A DNA stretch of 64,000 nt from a virus. The notes beneath the pieces are model-generated. The model was given only the letters and a program-made list of their open reading frames with translations, was not told the DNA's origin and did not search any database. Made by a program: the position numbers and the translations under genes. Shown piece by piece: positions 26,428 through 35,750 of this stretch. Where the stretch lies: the IMG/VR virus record IMGVR_UViG_3300045988_179268, positions 160,001 through 224,000 of that record; one strand, 5' to 3'. Within the stretch, counting starts at the first letter, position 1, and every line of letters begins with the position of its first letter.

Positions 26428-27720
26428 ATGAACCCTGCCCCCTCACCCCATAATGACCTCTCAGAGGTTCAGGAAGCCGCACAGAACGCACTAGACACAT
26501 GGAACGACCAATCAGCAACCATTGACAAGAACCCACACCCTAACAGGCTTCTAAAGGCTATTGCTACTGCTGGTGCTGGCGCATTGATTATCTCTGGCTG
26601 TAGCGTACCCGAGGCTAATACTCAGCCTACCCCTAGTGAGACACCTTTCAGTACCCAGGGTATTGAGTATGTTCGTGTGTGCCAGAAGGTTGAAGATGGC
26701 ACCCGCGCTGAGGATACTAGCTGTGAAGCTACCGAGTCAGCTTCGCCTTCCCCGTCGCCTTCTACGTCTGAGTCTGCAACCGCGAGTGCATCACCCAGTG
26801 AGTCTACTAGCGCAAGCCCCTCACCCTCACCTACTGGTAGCCCCACCAATAATGGTGGTGGTACGAATATCAACATCAATAATGGTGGCAATAGTGGCGG
26901 CGGTAGTGGTGATACCCATAGTGGTAACAGTGGGACTAATATGTTCATCTGGTATTACATCGGGTACATGATGGGTCAGAACGGCTCCGGTGGTACTACC
27001 TACATCAATAATGGCAATAATGGTAACGTGCCCGCTGTAGGTGCGCCCCTGCATGGTGGTAGCACTAGCACGCCCAGTAAGGGTACTGTCTATCAGGGTT
27101 TGCCTTCTAGTGGTGGTTCTTTTGCTGACTCGTACCGTGCCGCTAAAGCTAAGGCTGGCATGAAGGACGGTAAAGTTGCAACCATTGAGCGCTACAACTA
27201 TAAGTCGAACTCTAGTAATGGCAGTAAGTCGAATACTACTACCGGCAATAGTAGTAGCTCAAACTCTAGCAACGGCAATAGTGGTTCCACCGCTAACAAC
27301 AATAGTGGCGGCAACTCAGCGGCGGCGGCTGGTGCAGGTGCGGCGGCGGGAGCGGCGGCTGGTGCTGTAGCCGCCAACAAGAGTGGGTCTACCGGCAACA
27401 CTGGCAACAGCAACTCCAAGGACTCTAATACTTCCAAGAATGGCTCTAATGGCGATTCTAGCAACTCTAAGTCCAATGGTGGCAATACTTCCTCTAATAG
27501 TGGTAACACTAACGGAAATAACAGTAACTCCAGTAGCTCTAACAGTGGAAACAAGTCCAGCAACTCCGGCAATAGTAGCGGCGGCAACTCTAGCTCCAAG
27601 TCTGGGGGTAATAGCGGCGGTTCTTCCGGTGGGTCTAAGTCCGGTGGTTCATCGTCATCTGGCGGCTCCAAAGGTGGCTTTGGCGGCGGCTCCAAGTCTG
27701 GTGGTTCTTCCGGTGGGTAG
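26428..27720 (+). CDS. lipoprotein with extreme S/G/N-rich low-complexity region, about 430 aa
   Basis: Start moved to MNPAPS behind AAGGAA; lipobox IISGC; more than 250 aa of S/G/N/T repeats. Confidence 0.7.
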   Translation: MNPAPSPHNDLSEVQEAAQNALDTWNDQSATIDKNPHPNRLLKAIATAGAGALIISGCSVPEANTQPTPSETPFSTQGIEYVRVCQKVEDGTRAEDTSCEATESASPSPSPSTSESATASASPSESTSASPSPSPTGSPTNNGGGTNININNGGNSGGGSGDTHSGNSGTNMFIWYYIGYMMGQNGSGGTTYINNGNNGNVPAVGAPLHGGSTSTPSKGTVYQGLPSSGGSFADSYRAAKAKAGMKDGKVATIERYNYKSNSSNGSKSNTTTGNSSSSNSSNGNSGSTANNNSGGNSAAAAGAGAAAGAAAGAVAANKSGSTGNTGNSNSKDSNTSKNGSNGDSSNSKSNGGNTSSNSGNTNGNNSNSSSSNSGNKSSNSGNSSGGNSSSKSGGNSGGSSGGSKSGGSSSSGGSKGGFGGGSKSGGSSGG

Positions 27721-27890
27721 TGGGCAGGAAGCGCTGATACTCACTGCATAGTAAATAAAATATCCCTACATCTTCTTCATGCGTCTTGATGGGCATTGAA
27801 GAGAATGGTGGGGGTATTTTATTATGGCTAAGGCGTGCTTAACCCCCTTTATTGATTGGCGCTAGTTAGTAACTATGCCTGAGTAAAAGT

Positions 27891-27945
27891 AGTACCAATG
27901 TGTGAAAAATCCCCTGTGATATATCCAAAATTGGTACTATTTTCT
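27891..27945 (+). terminator. hairpin plus T-rich tail
   Basis: AGTACCAAT / ATTGGTACT followed by ATTTTCTTCT. Confidence 0.5.
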
Positions 27946-28039
27946 TCTAAAATTTAATAATTGCCACCCGGTACCGCCGTAAACGTATTGCAGGCGTGTC
28001 GCTCAATGCGCCTACTTCACTTGCGTATGGATTAAAACC

Positions 28040-28050
28040 TGTGGTAGACT
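28040..28050 (+). promoter_or_regulatory. extended -10 promoter motif (TGTGGTAGACT)
   Basis: AAAACCTGTGGTAGACTATAG upstream of ORF 28121. Confidence 0.7.
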
Positions 28051-28120
28051 ATAGATATACCCGAGGGGTTGAGCAACTTCTCAGGCGCACTCCAACCGCA
28101 TAGTGAAAGGTAAAACCTTA

Positions 28121-28492
28121 ATGGCACGCTTCGACGCAATCCTCATTGGCCCCGACTGCAACGCACCGGAAAACGCCGACAAGCCCGCAAGCGAAATCTT
28201 CAACAAAGTCTACCTTGAAAAGTATGAAGCGGCAACTGGTCACAATAACTGGAAACCCCGCGTACTTGTAAACATCATCAGTGAGAACTCCACCAACCTC
28301 TACTGGGAGGGACAGATTCAGTTCGGTTGGGAAGACCAAGACCCCTACGAGGGTTTTAAGATGGCAGGTCACGTACCCGCCGACAGTGCAGAGGCGAAGT
28401 TCCTCAAGAAGAAGAACGACTACAGCATCACCCCATCCGGCATTAACGGTGACACCGTGAGCCGCGCAATGCACTTCACCATCAACATCTAG
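28121..28492 (+). CDS. hypothetical protein, about 123 aa
   Basis: ATG (MARFDAIL) behind GAAAGG. Confidence 0.7.
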   Translation: MARFDAILIGPDCNAPENADKPASEIFNKVYLEKYEAATGHNNWKPRVLVNIISENSTNLYWEGQIQFGWEDQDPYEGFKMAGHVPADSAEAKFLKKKNDYSITPSGINGDTVSRAMHFTINI

Positions 28493-28497
28493 CAAAC

Positions 28498-28537
28498 AAA
28501 GCCCCTACCACCCAACACTCCGGGAGGCAGGGGCTTT
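28498..28537 (+). terminator. hairpin terminator
   Basis: AAAGCCCCT / AGGGGCTTT. Confidence 0.6.
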
Positions 28538-28554
28538 GCCATGCACCGAAATCA

Positions 28555-28565
28555 TATGCTACACT
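28555..28565 (+). promoter_or_regulatory. extended -10 promoter motif (TATGCTACACT)
   Basis: GAAATCATATGCTACACTAGG. Confidence 0.55.
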
Positions 28566-28566
28566 A

Positions 28567-28701
28567 GGGGTGTGTTACGCGGGTAATGCCGCACACTCTC
28601 CCCATGAGGGGTGGAGGGAGAATAAAGTCCCGTGACTATAAAAGGTTGCGGGGACTACGACGTGTGACTTGCGCCTACATAATGGTGCGGCATGTCACCC
28701 C
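28567..28701 (+). ncRNA. structured 5' leader or small RNA upstream of ORF 28743
   Basis: Long-range pairs GGGGTG 28567-72 / CACCCC 28696-701 and ATGCCGCAC 28586-94 / GTGCGGCAT 28685-93 enclose internal hairpins. Confidence 0.4.
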
Positions 28702-28742
28702 TCACTGGCGGATTTGTCTGCTAGATATTTGAAAGGTTAATA

Positions 28743-30107
28743 TTGGTGGTTACGTCAAAGAAAAAGGGCAAGTCTGAGACTGGCTTGTCACTACCTGGAG
28801 ATGGTTCGCTGTACGACGCGCTAACTAAGCCGCTCATGAAGCCTGCACCTAGTAGGGGTATGTGGTTCCTTGCAGGGCTGGCATGTCTGCTTATTGGTTC
28901 TGGCATGGCGCTTATCTTGTTCACCACGTTTAAGCCGCATGGTGGCTTGGATTATACTCTCAGCCTGTTTCTCCTGGCTTACGCGATGTATACTTTCTTG
29001 CGCGGCATCACTAGTGTAGCAAAGGGATTCTTCAAGGGTGCTAATGAGCCAACACTGCATTACGGTAAGAGGTTCGATGAGGAGTACGAACTTATTCCTC
29101 AGCCTGACACACGTGAAGATGCGCCATATGCGGAACGCTACTTTAAGCGCGACGGCAACACCCTTTATGTACGCATCAAGGGTGACGCTGGCGGGTTTTA
29201 TGACCTCCCCATCTCTTGCTTCTTCGCCAAGGAGCCACTGGATAAGGCAGACAGTATTCGCACTGTCTACGATGGTCTAGATGGGTTCCCGCCGCACATT
29301 AGAATCACTTCTAGCAAGTGGTTTGCTGACAGGCGCTTCCTGCATTACGAGCTTCATGCCCCGAAGTCTGAGAAGCCCGACATTAAGAAACTCATCCACG
29401 AGGTTAATAGTGCCACCTACGGCGAACTTTACACTGAGGCGGCAAGCTCTTTCGATGAGAGTGCTGTAGCTAAGCTGATTGATGAGCCTGTGCGATACCC
29501 TGGCGTGGGTAATCTAGTGGAGGCAATCGACAACATCCTTGAGGATGATGACGACAATGAGGCTGTAGAGGCAACTGTTGAGGAAGCGTACAGTTTTGCG
29601 GCACGCAGTGTGGGTCTGTTCTTCTTGCATCTAGTCACATTTGTGCTTCTTGCGGTTGTAAACTGGCAGATGCACTTTGGTGGCGGCATACAGGCAGTGC
29701 CCCCGGCATTAGTGTCAGTGACACTGTTCCTTGTAGCGCTATCAGCGGTTTCTTCGGTTGCATCCGCAAGGAGCCTAGCTAAGGCTGAAAATAAGTTTGT
29801 TGAGGTTTGGGAGTACGACGACCTACAGTTCGATATGCTCCCCTTCACAAGCACTAATCATGCTGGCGCTAAGGCGGAGGATTACTTCGCTGAGCATAAC
29901 GGTGAGAAGTATGTGCTGTTGCGTGAAGTTGAATACGGAATTATCGGCACCTACAAGATTCCGGCTAACGCGAGGGTTCACTATTCGCTTGATGATGATG
30001 AAACCCCCGGCTGTAACATTGTCGGAAAGGAAGGTGTTCTCAAGGAATTTGTTATTCTGTTCCCGAAGAAGCTTTCCCCATCAGCTACCCCGGCAAGTGA
30101 AGAGTAA
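28743..30107 (+). CDS. membrane protein with internal duplication (TM pair plus soluble domain, twice), 454 aa
   Basis: TTG start 6 nt after GAAAGG; the two halves share an EYELIP/YDDLQFDMLP...YF..GN.YV pattern. Confidence 0.6.
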   Translation: MVVTSKKKGKSETGLSLPGDGSLYDALTKPLMKPAPSRGMWFLAGLACLLIGSGMALILFTTFKPHGGLDYTLSLFLLAYAMYTFLRGITSVAKGFFKGANEPTLHYGKRFDEEYELIPQPDTREDAPYAERYFKRDGNTLYVRIKGDAGGFYDLPISCFFAKEPLDKADSIRTVYDGLDGFPPHIRITSSKWFADRRFLHYELHAPKSEKPDIKKLIHEVNSATYGELYTEAASSFDESAVAKLIDEPVRYPGVGNLVEAIDNILEDDDDNEAVEATVEEAYSFAARSVGLFFLHLVTFVLLAVVNWQMHFGGGIQAVPPALVSVTLFLVALSAVSSVASARSLAKAENKFVEVWEYDDLQFDMLPFTSTNHAGAKAEDYFAEHNGEKYVLLREVEYGIIGTYKIPANARVHYSLDDDETPGCNIVGKEGVLKEFVILFPKKLSPSATPASEE

Positions 30108-30143
30108 ACACTAGCCCGCTATCACAGCGGCTAACCTTGCAGT

Positions 30144-30185
30144 AAATGCCTCACACCTAGATTAACGTCTAGGTGTGAGGCATTT
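30144..30185 (+). terminator. 17-bp perfect hairpin terminator
   Basis: AAATGCCTCACACCTAG / CTAGGTGTGAGGCATTT. Confidence 0.75.
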
Positions 30186-30206
30186 ACCATACCTGGCACA
30201 GGTTTG

Positions 30207-30217
30207 CGTGCTACAAT
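30207..30217 (+). promoter_or_regulatory. extended -10 promoter motif (CGTGCTACAATGG)
   Basis: Upstream of ORF 30262. Confidence 0.6.
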
Positions 30218-30261
30218 GGAATAACTTTGACGAATCTAAATAAACACAATGGAGGGGCGAT

Positions 30262-31017
30262 ATGGCAATCCATATCCATAACAAAACCACATCAGACACC
30301 ACACCCAAGAAAAGAGGGCGTTCCTCACAGAAACAGGCAACAGCTGTTAGTTCGTGGCGCACACAAGAACTAACAGTCCATCCTCTCGCGTTGAACCACC
30401 CAAAACAGACACATACCCCATGTGAGAACGAAATTCAGGTCGATACCTGCAACCACCTCAAAGAAATGTCTCATAGTGAGTCGCCATTTATTGCAGAGTG
30501 GCTGGCAAACAACAGGATTGCCAAAGCCCTGCGGAAGAATAAGCGGTCACGGTCAAAAAAGTGGGAAACCATCAACCTTCTCTACGACCACTCCTTCAAC
30601 TTCATTGCAATGGACGAGATATATCACCACCCGAATGACAGGCTCCCACGCCTACAAGAGTACGCCGACCCCATGCATGAGCACCTTGAAGAAGCAGACG
30701 AATGGTTCACTAACCGAAGGGAGCTTGGCGATGATAACGGACTAATTGACGTAGAGTTTGATTCAGTAACCGAGTTATTGTCAGAGCTTACTCTAATGAT
30801 GGGGCGAAACCTCTACTTTTGGGATGCTGAATCTGTAGCACATGCTGAGAGTGAGCGACGTAAAGCAGAGGGGGTGAGCCTACTAGGAGGGATACACCTT
30901 CTTAAGAAAGGTGTCAGTGTTGATGACTTTATGATGGTATTACGCCCAGTTGCCGGAGTCATCATGCATTGGGTAGAGAGCGACGGGAACTGGGAGGCAG
31001 AATGCACTGATGTGTGA
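30262..31017 (+). CDS. hypothetical protein, 251 aa
   Basis: SD GGAGGGG. Confidence 0.65.
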   Translation: MAIHIHNKTTSDTTPKKRGRSSQKQATAVSSWRTQELTVHPLALNHPKQTHTPCENEIQVDTCNHLKEMSHSESPFIAEWLANNRIAKALRKNKRSRSKKWETINLLYDHSFNFIAMDEIYHHPNDRLPRLQEYADPMHEHLEEADEWFTNRRELGDDNGLIDVEFDSVTELLSELTLMMGRNLYFWDAESVAHAESERRKAEGVSLLGGIHLLKKGVSVDDFMMVLRPVAGVIMHWVESDGNWEAECTDV

Positions 31018-31062
31018 CGCATCTTCACCCCCGCTTTCTAAATCATTTAGGAGAACAATAAA

Positions 31063-31626
31063 GTGACTACAATTCAGGCGACGTGGCGTAATGAACGCCC
31101 ATCAGTGTATCTCTACAACTACCAGGAAGCTGGTAGCGACAATGCTGTTGTGACCCGCAATGCGATTTACCCCAAACGCAAGCGACAGGAGCGCACTATA
31201 ACATCAGCAGACGTGGAGAAATATTACCACAGTGGCGATGAGGCATACTCGATTATTAAAAAACAGGTTATTCAAGGGCTGGCGAAGACCTATAGTGGTA
31301 GGCGCAACCTGAGAGATGTTATTGGTTTAGCAACAAGTGACCTTTTGGATAAGAACCCGTTATGCATTCCTTATGATAAGTTGGAAGAGTTCTTGGGTGA
31401 GCTAGACGCATTGCAGAAACCTTTGCGTCTAGATGGGTACCGCCACATTTTCTTAGGTATCCCCGACAGGGCGGTTTGGCATAAAGCTCTTTATGCAGAG
31501 GATACCTATAATCAGCGCCTCTCCAATATCTGCAAGAAGCTAAGTAATGGGCGCGTGTACTTTTGCACGATTGACGGCGGGCGCTTTGGGGAGCCGAATT
31601 TCAAAGCGACAACCCGAGATGTGTAA
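31063..31626 (+). CDS. hypothetical protein, 187 aa
   Basis: GTG start behind AGGAGA. Confidence 0.65.
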   Translation: MTTIQATWRNERPSVYLYNYQEAGSDNAVVTRNAIYPKRKRQERTITSADVEKYYHSGDEAYSIIKKQVIQGLAKTYSGRRNLRDVIGLATSDLLDKNPLCIPYDKLEEFLGELDALQKPLRLDGYRHIFLGIPDRAVWHKALYAEDTYNQRLSNICKKLSNGRVYFCTIDGGRFGEPNFKATTRDV

Positions 31627-31639
31627 TTATACCTAAATC

Positions 31640-31650
31640 TGTGGTACACT
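31640..31650 (+). promoter_or_regulatory. extended -10 promoter motif (TGTGGTACACT)
   Basis: CTAAATCTGTGGTACACTTTAG. Confidence 0.7.
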
Positions 31651-31689
31651 TTAGATAAGTAATTGTCTTCCCCTAAGGAGTGCCCAACC

Positions 31690-31983
31690 ATGCAGAGCAA
31701 CAACCACAAGAACGACGAAATCATCAAGCGCCACATTGAGAACATCCTCAGTAAGAAGCATTCCTGGGAATATGGCGGCGAAGACTTCGGGAAGCCTGGC
31801 GATGTTATCATTGAATCTCTGACATACAACTCCAAAGGTGAGCCTGTGGTAGAAGCTATTCTCTCCTACGACAATAATCGCGGCTCCGCCTGGCAGACCG
31901 TCTGGGCGGTAACCATGCACAGCGCCACCGAATACACAGCAATTGAGGACGAATATTCCCGTGAAGAGTTCAGCTATCTATAA
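31690..31983 (+). CDS. hypothetical protein, about 97 aa
   Basis: ATG behind TAAGGAG. Confidence 0.65.
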   Translation: MQSNNHKNDEIIKRHIENILSKKHSWEYGGEDFGKPGDVIIESLTYNSKGEPVVEAILSYDNNRGSAWQTVWAVTMHSATEYTAIEDEYSREEFSYL

Positions 31984-32500
31984 GTCCCTGGCTAATGTAA
32001 ACGCATCGGCTCACAACGAGTATGCCAAGCGCCACCTGACGCATTGCGCCGTGGAAGCCATTAAGCGCGGCGAATACACGCTTTCACCACATCCCAGTGA
32101 AGAGATTCACCTTACAAGCGCAGAGCCTCTAAGCATTACCTGGCCCCCTGAGACGCTAGAACCGACACTCACACTAGAAACAACATGGGAAGGGTATTGG
32201 TGGGTAAGCGACACGATGAGAGCAATCGGCGCAGTTGTCACCACCCTCAATGTTACGATGCATTCACTTTCCGACTGTAGCCCCATAGAGGATGTAAGTC
32301 AGCGTACTTACATTGTGGGAAGGTATGACTCTATCGCCATGTCAGGAGAGATTCGAAGTAACTTTATGGACAGAGTGTACCGGGGCGCGTCGAAGGCTCC
32401 ATCAGGGGAAAGTTTTCAGCGTTCCCAATGTTCAAAAAATGAGCCACGCATAGGCGAGAGCATCCTCACGTTTAAACCTATGGAAATTGAAATTTCATAA
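31943..32500 (+). CDS. hypothetical protein, up to 185 aa (start uncertain: TTG 31943 or GTG 31961)
   Basis: Clean ORF overlapping the preceding gene's end; no clear SD. Confidence 0.5.
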   Translation: MRTNIPVKSSAIYKSLANVNASAHNEYAKRHLTHCAVEAIKRGEYTLSPHPSEEIHLTSAEPLSITWPPETLEPTLTLETTWEGYWWVSDTMRAIGAVVTTLNVTMHSLSDCSPIEDVSQRTYIVGRYDSIAMSGEIRSNFMDRVYRGASKAPSGESFQRSQCSKNEPRIGESILTFKPMEIEIS

Positions 32501-32507
32501 TCATACC

Positions 32508-32518
32508 TGTGCTAACAT
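32508..32518 (+). promoter_or_regulatory. extended -10 promoter motif (TGTGCTAACATGG)
   Basis: Upstream of pseudogene 32576. Confidence 0.55.
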
Positions 32519-32575
32519 GGTAATACCCCCATGTGCATGGGGCGCATTGCTCTAACCTGAAAGGAGAATTTAGTT

Positions 32576-32843
32576 ATGCCTATTCTCAGCATCTTCATCT
32601 CTGGAATATGCTGAGCCACACTCATTTTTATTAGTGTACAGTTCTTCCGCCTCGGCGGTTCGCTTAATCCCATGAGGAATGATGCGACGCAGAATTATGT
32701 GCTAATAGCCATGATTAACCTATGCGTTTCGTATCCTGACGCTATTCCTAAACCCAATTGTTATGCTCATCATTTACGCCGTATCAATTATGGTTTCGGT
32801 GGGTGTGATTATCGCTTCCCTGGTTGCCACTAACCGCCTATAA
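32576..32843 (+). pseudogene. disrupted paralog of the small SLNP(R/M)(K/R)N membrane-protein family
   Basis: ATG behind AAAGGAG. In-frame TGA at 32612. FRLGGSLNPMRND aligns to FKLGASLNPRKNN of 32951-33280. The hydrophobic C-terminus continues in the +1 frame from about 32733 to the stop at 32841. Confidence 0.6.
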
Positions 32844-32950
32844 GCACCCCTACGCACTGTAATTGTCATTGATATTAAACAGCATCACTAGCCAACTTTT
32901 GAAGCGTTCAATATGGCGCTTCAACTATTTCATTGAAGGACTTTTTAATC

Positions 32951-33280
32951 ATGTCCACTAACGCGATATTCGCTTCTGGTTTTGCCTTTATTATTGTTAT
33001 CCTCGCGACTGTTTTTCTGTTTAAGTTGGGTGCTTCGCTAAACCCCCGAAAGAACAACGCACTGATTAACATTTTTGAGTTTGGTACAGTAAACCTTTTT
33101 ATTTGTGCTTTGCTCCCTATCGTGTCTCTCTGCTTTGGCAATGCTGTTGCGGCGGCTGTTCAGGTTGCAACTCTTATTGGCTCCGCTGTACTTCTTGCGT
33201 CTCTGCTGGTGTGGTGGAAACGTACCGAGCCTGAGATGGGCTTGCTTGCGGCAATGGATAAGCACCTATACGGCAACTAA
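32951..33280 (+). CDS. small membrane protein (SLNPRKNN family), about 109 aa
   Basis: ATG (MSTNAIF) behind GAAGGA; 3 TM segments. Confidence 0.65.
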   Translation: MSTNAIFASGFAFIIVILATVFLFKLGASLNPRKNNALINIFEFGTVNLFICALLPIVSLCFGNAVAAAVQVATLIGSAVLLASLLVWWKRTEPEMGLLAAMDKHLYGN

Positions 33281-33314
33281 ACACTATTTTCGTTCTACCT
33301 GGAGGTTTTTAATA

Positions 33315-33752
33315 ATGACTGACACTTTACCACCCGTCTTGACCCCGTTTGAAGCTGGCTTTTCTGTAGCCCTGCTGGTTATTTCCTTGGGTTGCTTTAT
33401 CGCGTTAAAAGGCTCATTGAACCCGCGTAAAAATAACTTCAGACTCAACGTTCTTCTACTGGCTGTTGTAACTAACGGTTTTACCCTAGCGAAGCCTTGG
33501 ATAGCTGACACTTTTGGCATGGACACGTATGGGGTTGTTTCGGGCGCGGTGACTGTTGTTGCCATTATTGGTCTTATGCTGATTATCTTTCATCTTGCAG
33601 GGTTTGCGGTTGGCTCTAATGATGGCGACTGTATTGCGGAGTGTGATAGCCATCATGTATGCATGGCGAGCGGCAGGTGTGCCCATGCCACGAAGGATTC
33701 TGGGACCAACAAGGGTGCTGTTATCCAGCCTGATAAGGATGCGGGGGTATAG
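33315..33752 (+). CDS. small membrane protein (SLNPRKNN family), about 145 aa
   Basis: ATG (MTDTLPP) behind GGAGG; motif GSLNPRKNNF. Confidence 0.65.
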   Translation: MTDTLPPVLTPFEAGFSVALLVISLGCFIALKGSLNPRKNNFRLNVLLLAVVTNGFTLAKPWIADTFGMDTYGVVSGAVTVVAIIGLMLIIFHLAGFAVGSNDGDCIAECDSHHVCMASGRCAHATKDSGTNKGAVIQPDKDAGV

Positions 33753-33754
33753 GC

Positions 33755-34120
33755 GTGGAGGCTCAGAATGTCTCTCAAGCTATTAGTATTATCCTCCCGA
33801 CAGCTCTTCTAGCGCTTTATGTTTTTGCTATTGGGTTGCCCCGTAAGAAGGCTGGGTTTTATCGTAAGCAAGCTGGTGTTTCTGGACGTGCGCGGCGCGG
33901 TAGGATTCTGAATTTTTGGGGTTTCTTTGCGTTAGGTGCAATTGTGTTGGCTAGTAATATCGTGTTTATGACCGGCTTACTTGCATCTGACGTGATTGCC
34001 GTGTATTCTGTAGCCATTGGCAGTTTCTTACTACTGGTCATGCTCGGTCACGCTATCTATGTGTGGCTGGCTGATGGTAAAGAGACTACGAGTGTAGACG
34101 ACTGTTGCCAACTTTATTGA
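33755..34120 (+). CDS. small membrane protein, 121 aa, similar architecture
   Basis: GTG start; TM - basic loop (PRKKAGFYRK) - TM. Confidence 0.55.
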   Translation: MEAQNVSQAISIILPTALLALYVFAIGLPRKKAGFYRKQAGVSGRARRGRILNFWGFFALGAIVLASNIVFMTGLLASDVIAVYSVAIGSFLLLVMLGHAIYVWLADGKETTSVDDCCQLY

Positions 34121-34193
34121 TATTGCGTTCATGGGCTAATATTGATAGCATTAGATACATTAGCCGTAGTCCAAGGATACCAGATGGGAGGGT

Positions 34194-35750
34194 GTGTTGG
34201 CGAAAAATCAGACGTACAGAGCTTTTACCGTGCGCCCGATGCATATTCTAGACCTGAACGGCGAACTAATGGACAGTGCATCTGTCATGTCCCAGCTTGC
34301 CGCTGAGGTTCGAGACATTTCAGCGTATGCCACTTACGTGGTTCGTAATGACACGAAGCTTGCGGCTGACCTGGCTCAGGTTACTGCTGTTCAGCCAGCG
34401 GTTGCGGGTCGTCGGGCGGGTGTGACCATGCCTAACTTCCTTGCGACAGGCAAGTCGGGTAGGTCGCGTAAAGAGTTTCTGGTTCAGCATAACGTAGTTA
34501 CAGCTTTCCGGTCATGGCAGGAACGCATTAAAGCCATCGAGGGCACCTCTTCCAAGTACGTTTCCCAGGGGTGGAGGCGTACTGTGGATACATCTGCACC
34601 CACGTATGGGGATGCTGATTTCATCAACTTGGGCGCTGTAGATAAGCAGTATGCGGTCATCGAGAATAACCCTGTCGCGGATGGCAAAATTGTCCTCAGG
34701 ATGGTAATTTGCGGTCAGTGGTATCGTCTGATTTTCCCCTTTGATAACTCACGGTTCCCTGAGGGTAAAGTAACTCTACCTGTCATTAAAGTTGAAAATA
34801 ATCAACCTGTTTTCATCTTCACGGTCGTTACTGATAACCCTATCATTCAGTTTTCGGGTGACTACACTATCGGTGTAGACGTTGGCATCAATGACTATGC
34901 TACTGTCGTTGTTCGCAACAGTGCTACAGGGCAGATAACCCGGAAAACCACGCTCTCTCAGCGTGTTCATTCGCTCTGGAACAGTGTTCGTGCGTCTGAA
35001 CGGCAGGTTCGCGCGCTTAATAATAAAGCAGATAAGCTTATCTATGACCGTCAGGCTCACATGTCTGCGTTTGATGAGGCTCAGTTTCATCGCGAGGCGG
35101 CTTCTCGTAAGAAACGTGAGTTGGCGATTCTTGTGGCGCAGGAAATTGCCTACCTATCTCACCGTTGGAATAACGCTGTTGTGGTGGTTGAAGACTTGGG
35201 GTGGATTCGCAATACCATGAGTAACGGCAGGTGGAATCGCGGTGCTTTCGTACAGTGGCTCACTCACTATGTCACCCAGAATGGTGGCTGGGTTGTCGCC
35301 GTGAATGCGTCTAATACATCCCAGGTATGCCATGTGTGCGGTGAAAAGGTCACCCATCCTGAGTACAAGGTTTCCATCTGCCCCGAGCACGGTGACATGG
35401 ATAGGGACGTTAATGCCGCCGCAAATATTGCCTCTAGAGCTGTCCCGAAGGTGGATAAAGCTCGTAAGACTCGCGCTAAGAACCGCAAGCTACAGCCACA
35501 GGCGGCTCTTAAGACTCCGCCTGCCCGCGAAACTCTAAAGTATCCCGGCAGGGATAGGACTAAAAATGTTCCTACTCCGAAGAGGAAGAACCGCATTTCT
35601 GAGGAGGTGAATCTCCCCTTTAGCCCCGCTAGGGTGAATATGACTACGGTACTAGCGGACTGCGACACATACGGTGCCGTGGAGACCTCTAAGGCGGCTA
35701 TCAATCAGGGTAATGTAACTCGCGAATATGGGTTATGTAGCCTAAATTGA
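34194..35750 (+). CDS. tnpB: large TnpB-like RuvC nuclease with zinc ribbon and K/R-rich C-terminal extension, 518 aa (start GTG 34194 or TTG 34197)
   Basis: IGVDVGINDYATVV (Asp), VVVVEDLGWIRN (Glu), TSQVCHVCG...CPEHG (zinc ribbon), DRDVNAAANIASRA (Asp). Confidence 0.85.
   Translation: MLAKNQTYRAFTVRPMHILDLNGELMDSASVMSQLAAEVRDISAYATYVVRNDTKLAADLAQVTAVQPAVAGRRAGVTMPNFLATGKSGRSRKEFLVQHNVVTAFRSWQERIKAIEGTSSKYVSQGWRRTVDTSAPTYGDADFINLGAVDKQYAVIENNPVADGKIVLRMVICGQWYRLIFPFDNSRFPEGKVTLPVIKVENNQPVFIFTVVTDNPIIQFSGDYTIGVDVGINDYATVVVRNSATGQITRKTTLSQRVHSLWNSVRASERQVRALNNKADKLIYDRQAHMSAFDEAQFHREAASRKKRELAILVAQEIAYLSHRWNNAVVVVEDLGWIRNTMSNGRWNRGAFVQWLTHYVTQNGGWVVAVNASNTSQVCHVCGEKVTHPEYKVSICPEHGDMDRDVNAAANIASRAVPKVDKARKTRAKNRKLQPQAALKTPPARETLKYPGRDRTKNVPTPKRKNRISEEVNLPFSPARVNMTTVLADCDTYGAVETSKAAINQGNVTREYGLCSLN

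Noticed and set aside
26622-27751. Multiple long ORFs in other frames and on the other strand across the low-complexity lipoprotein gene
   Set aside because: They are open only because of the S/G/N codon repeats. Their products are P/L/E or V/A/T homopolymer-like.
27911-27925. Promoter-like CCTGTGATATATCC inside the loop of the 27891-27938 hairpin
   Set aside because: The last position deviates from the motif, no ORF or conserved RNA follows before the next consensus promoter at 28040, and it lies within a probable terminator.
31943-31983. 41-nt overlap between 31690-31983 and 31943-32500, considered as a programmed frameshift site
   Set aside because: There is no slippery heptamer or downstream structure. 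An internal GTG (31961) or simple overlapping starts explain it.
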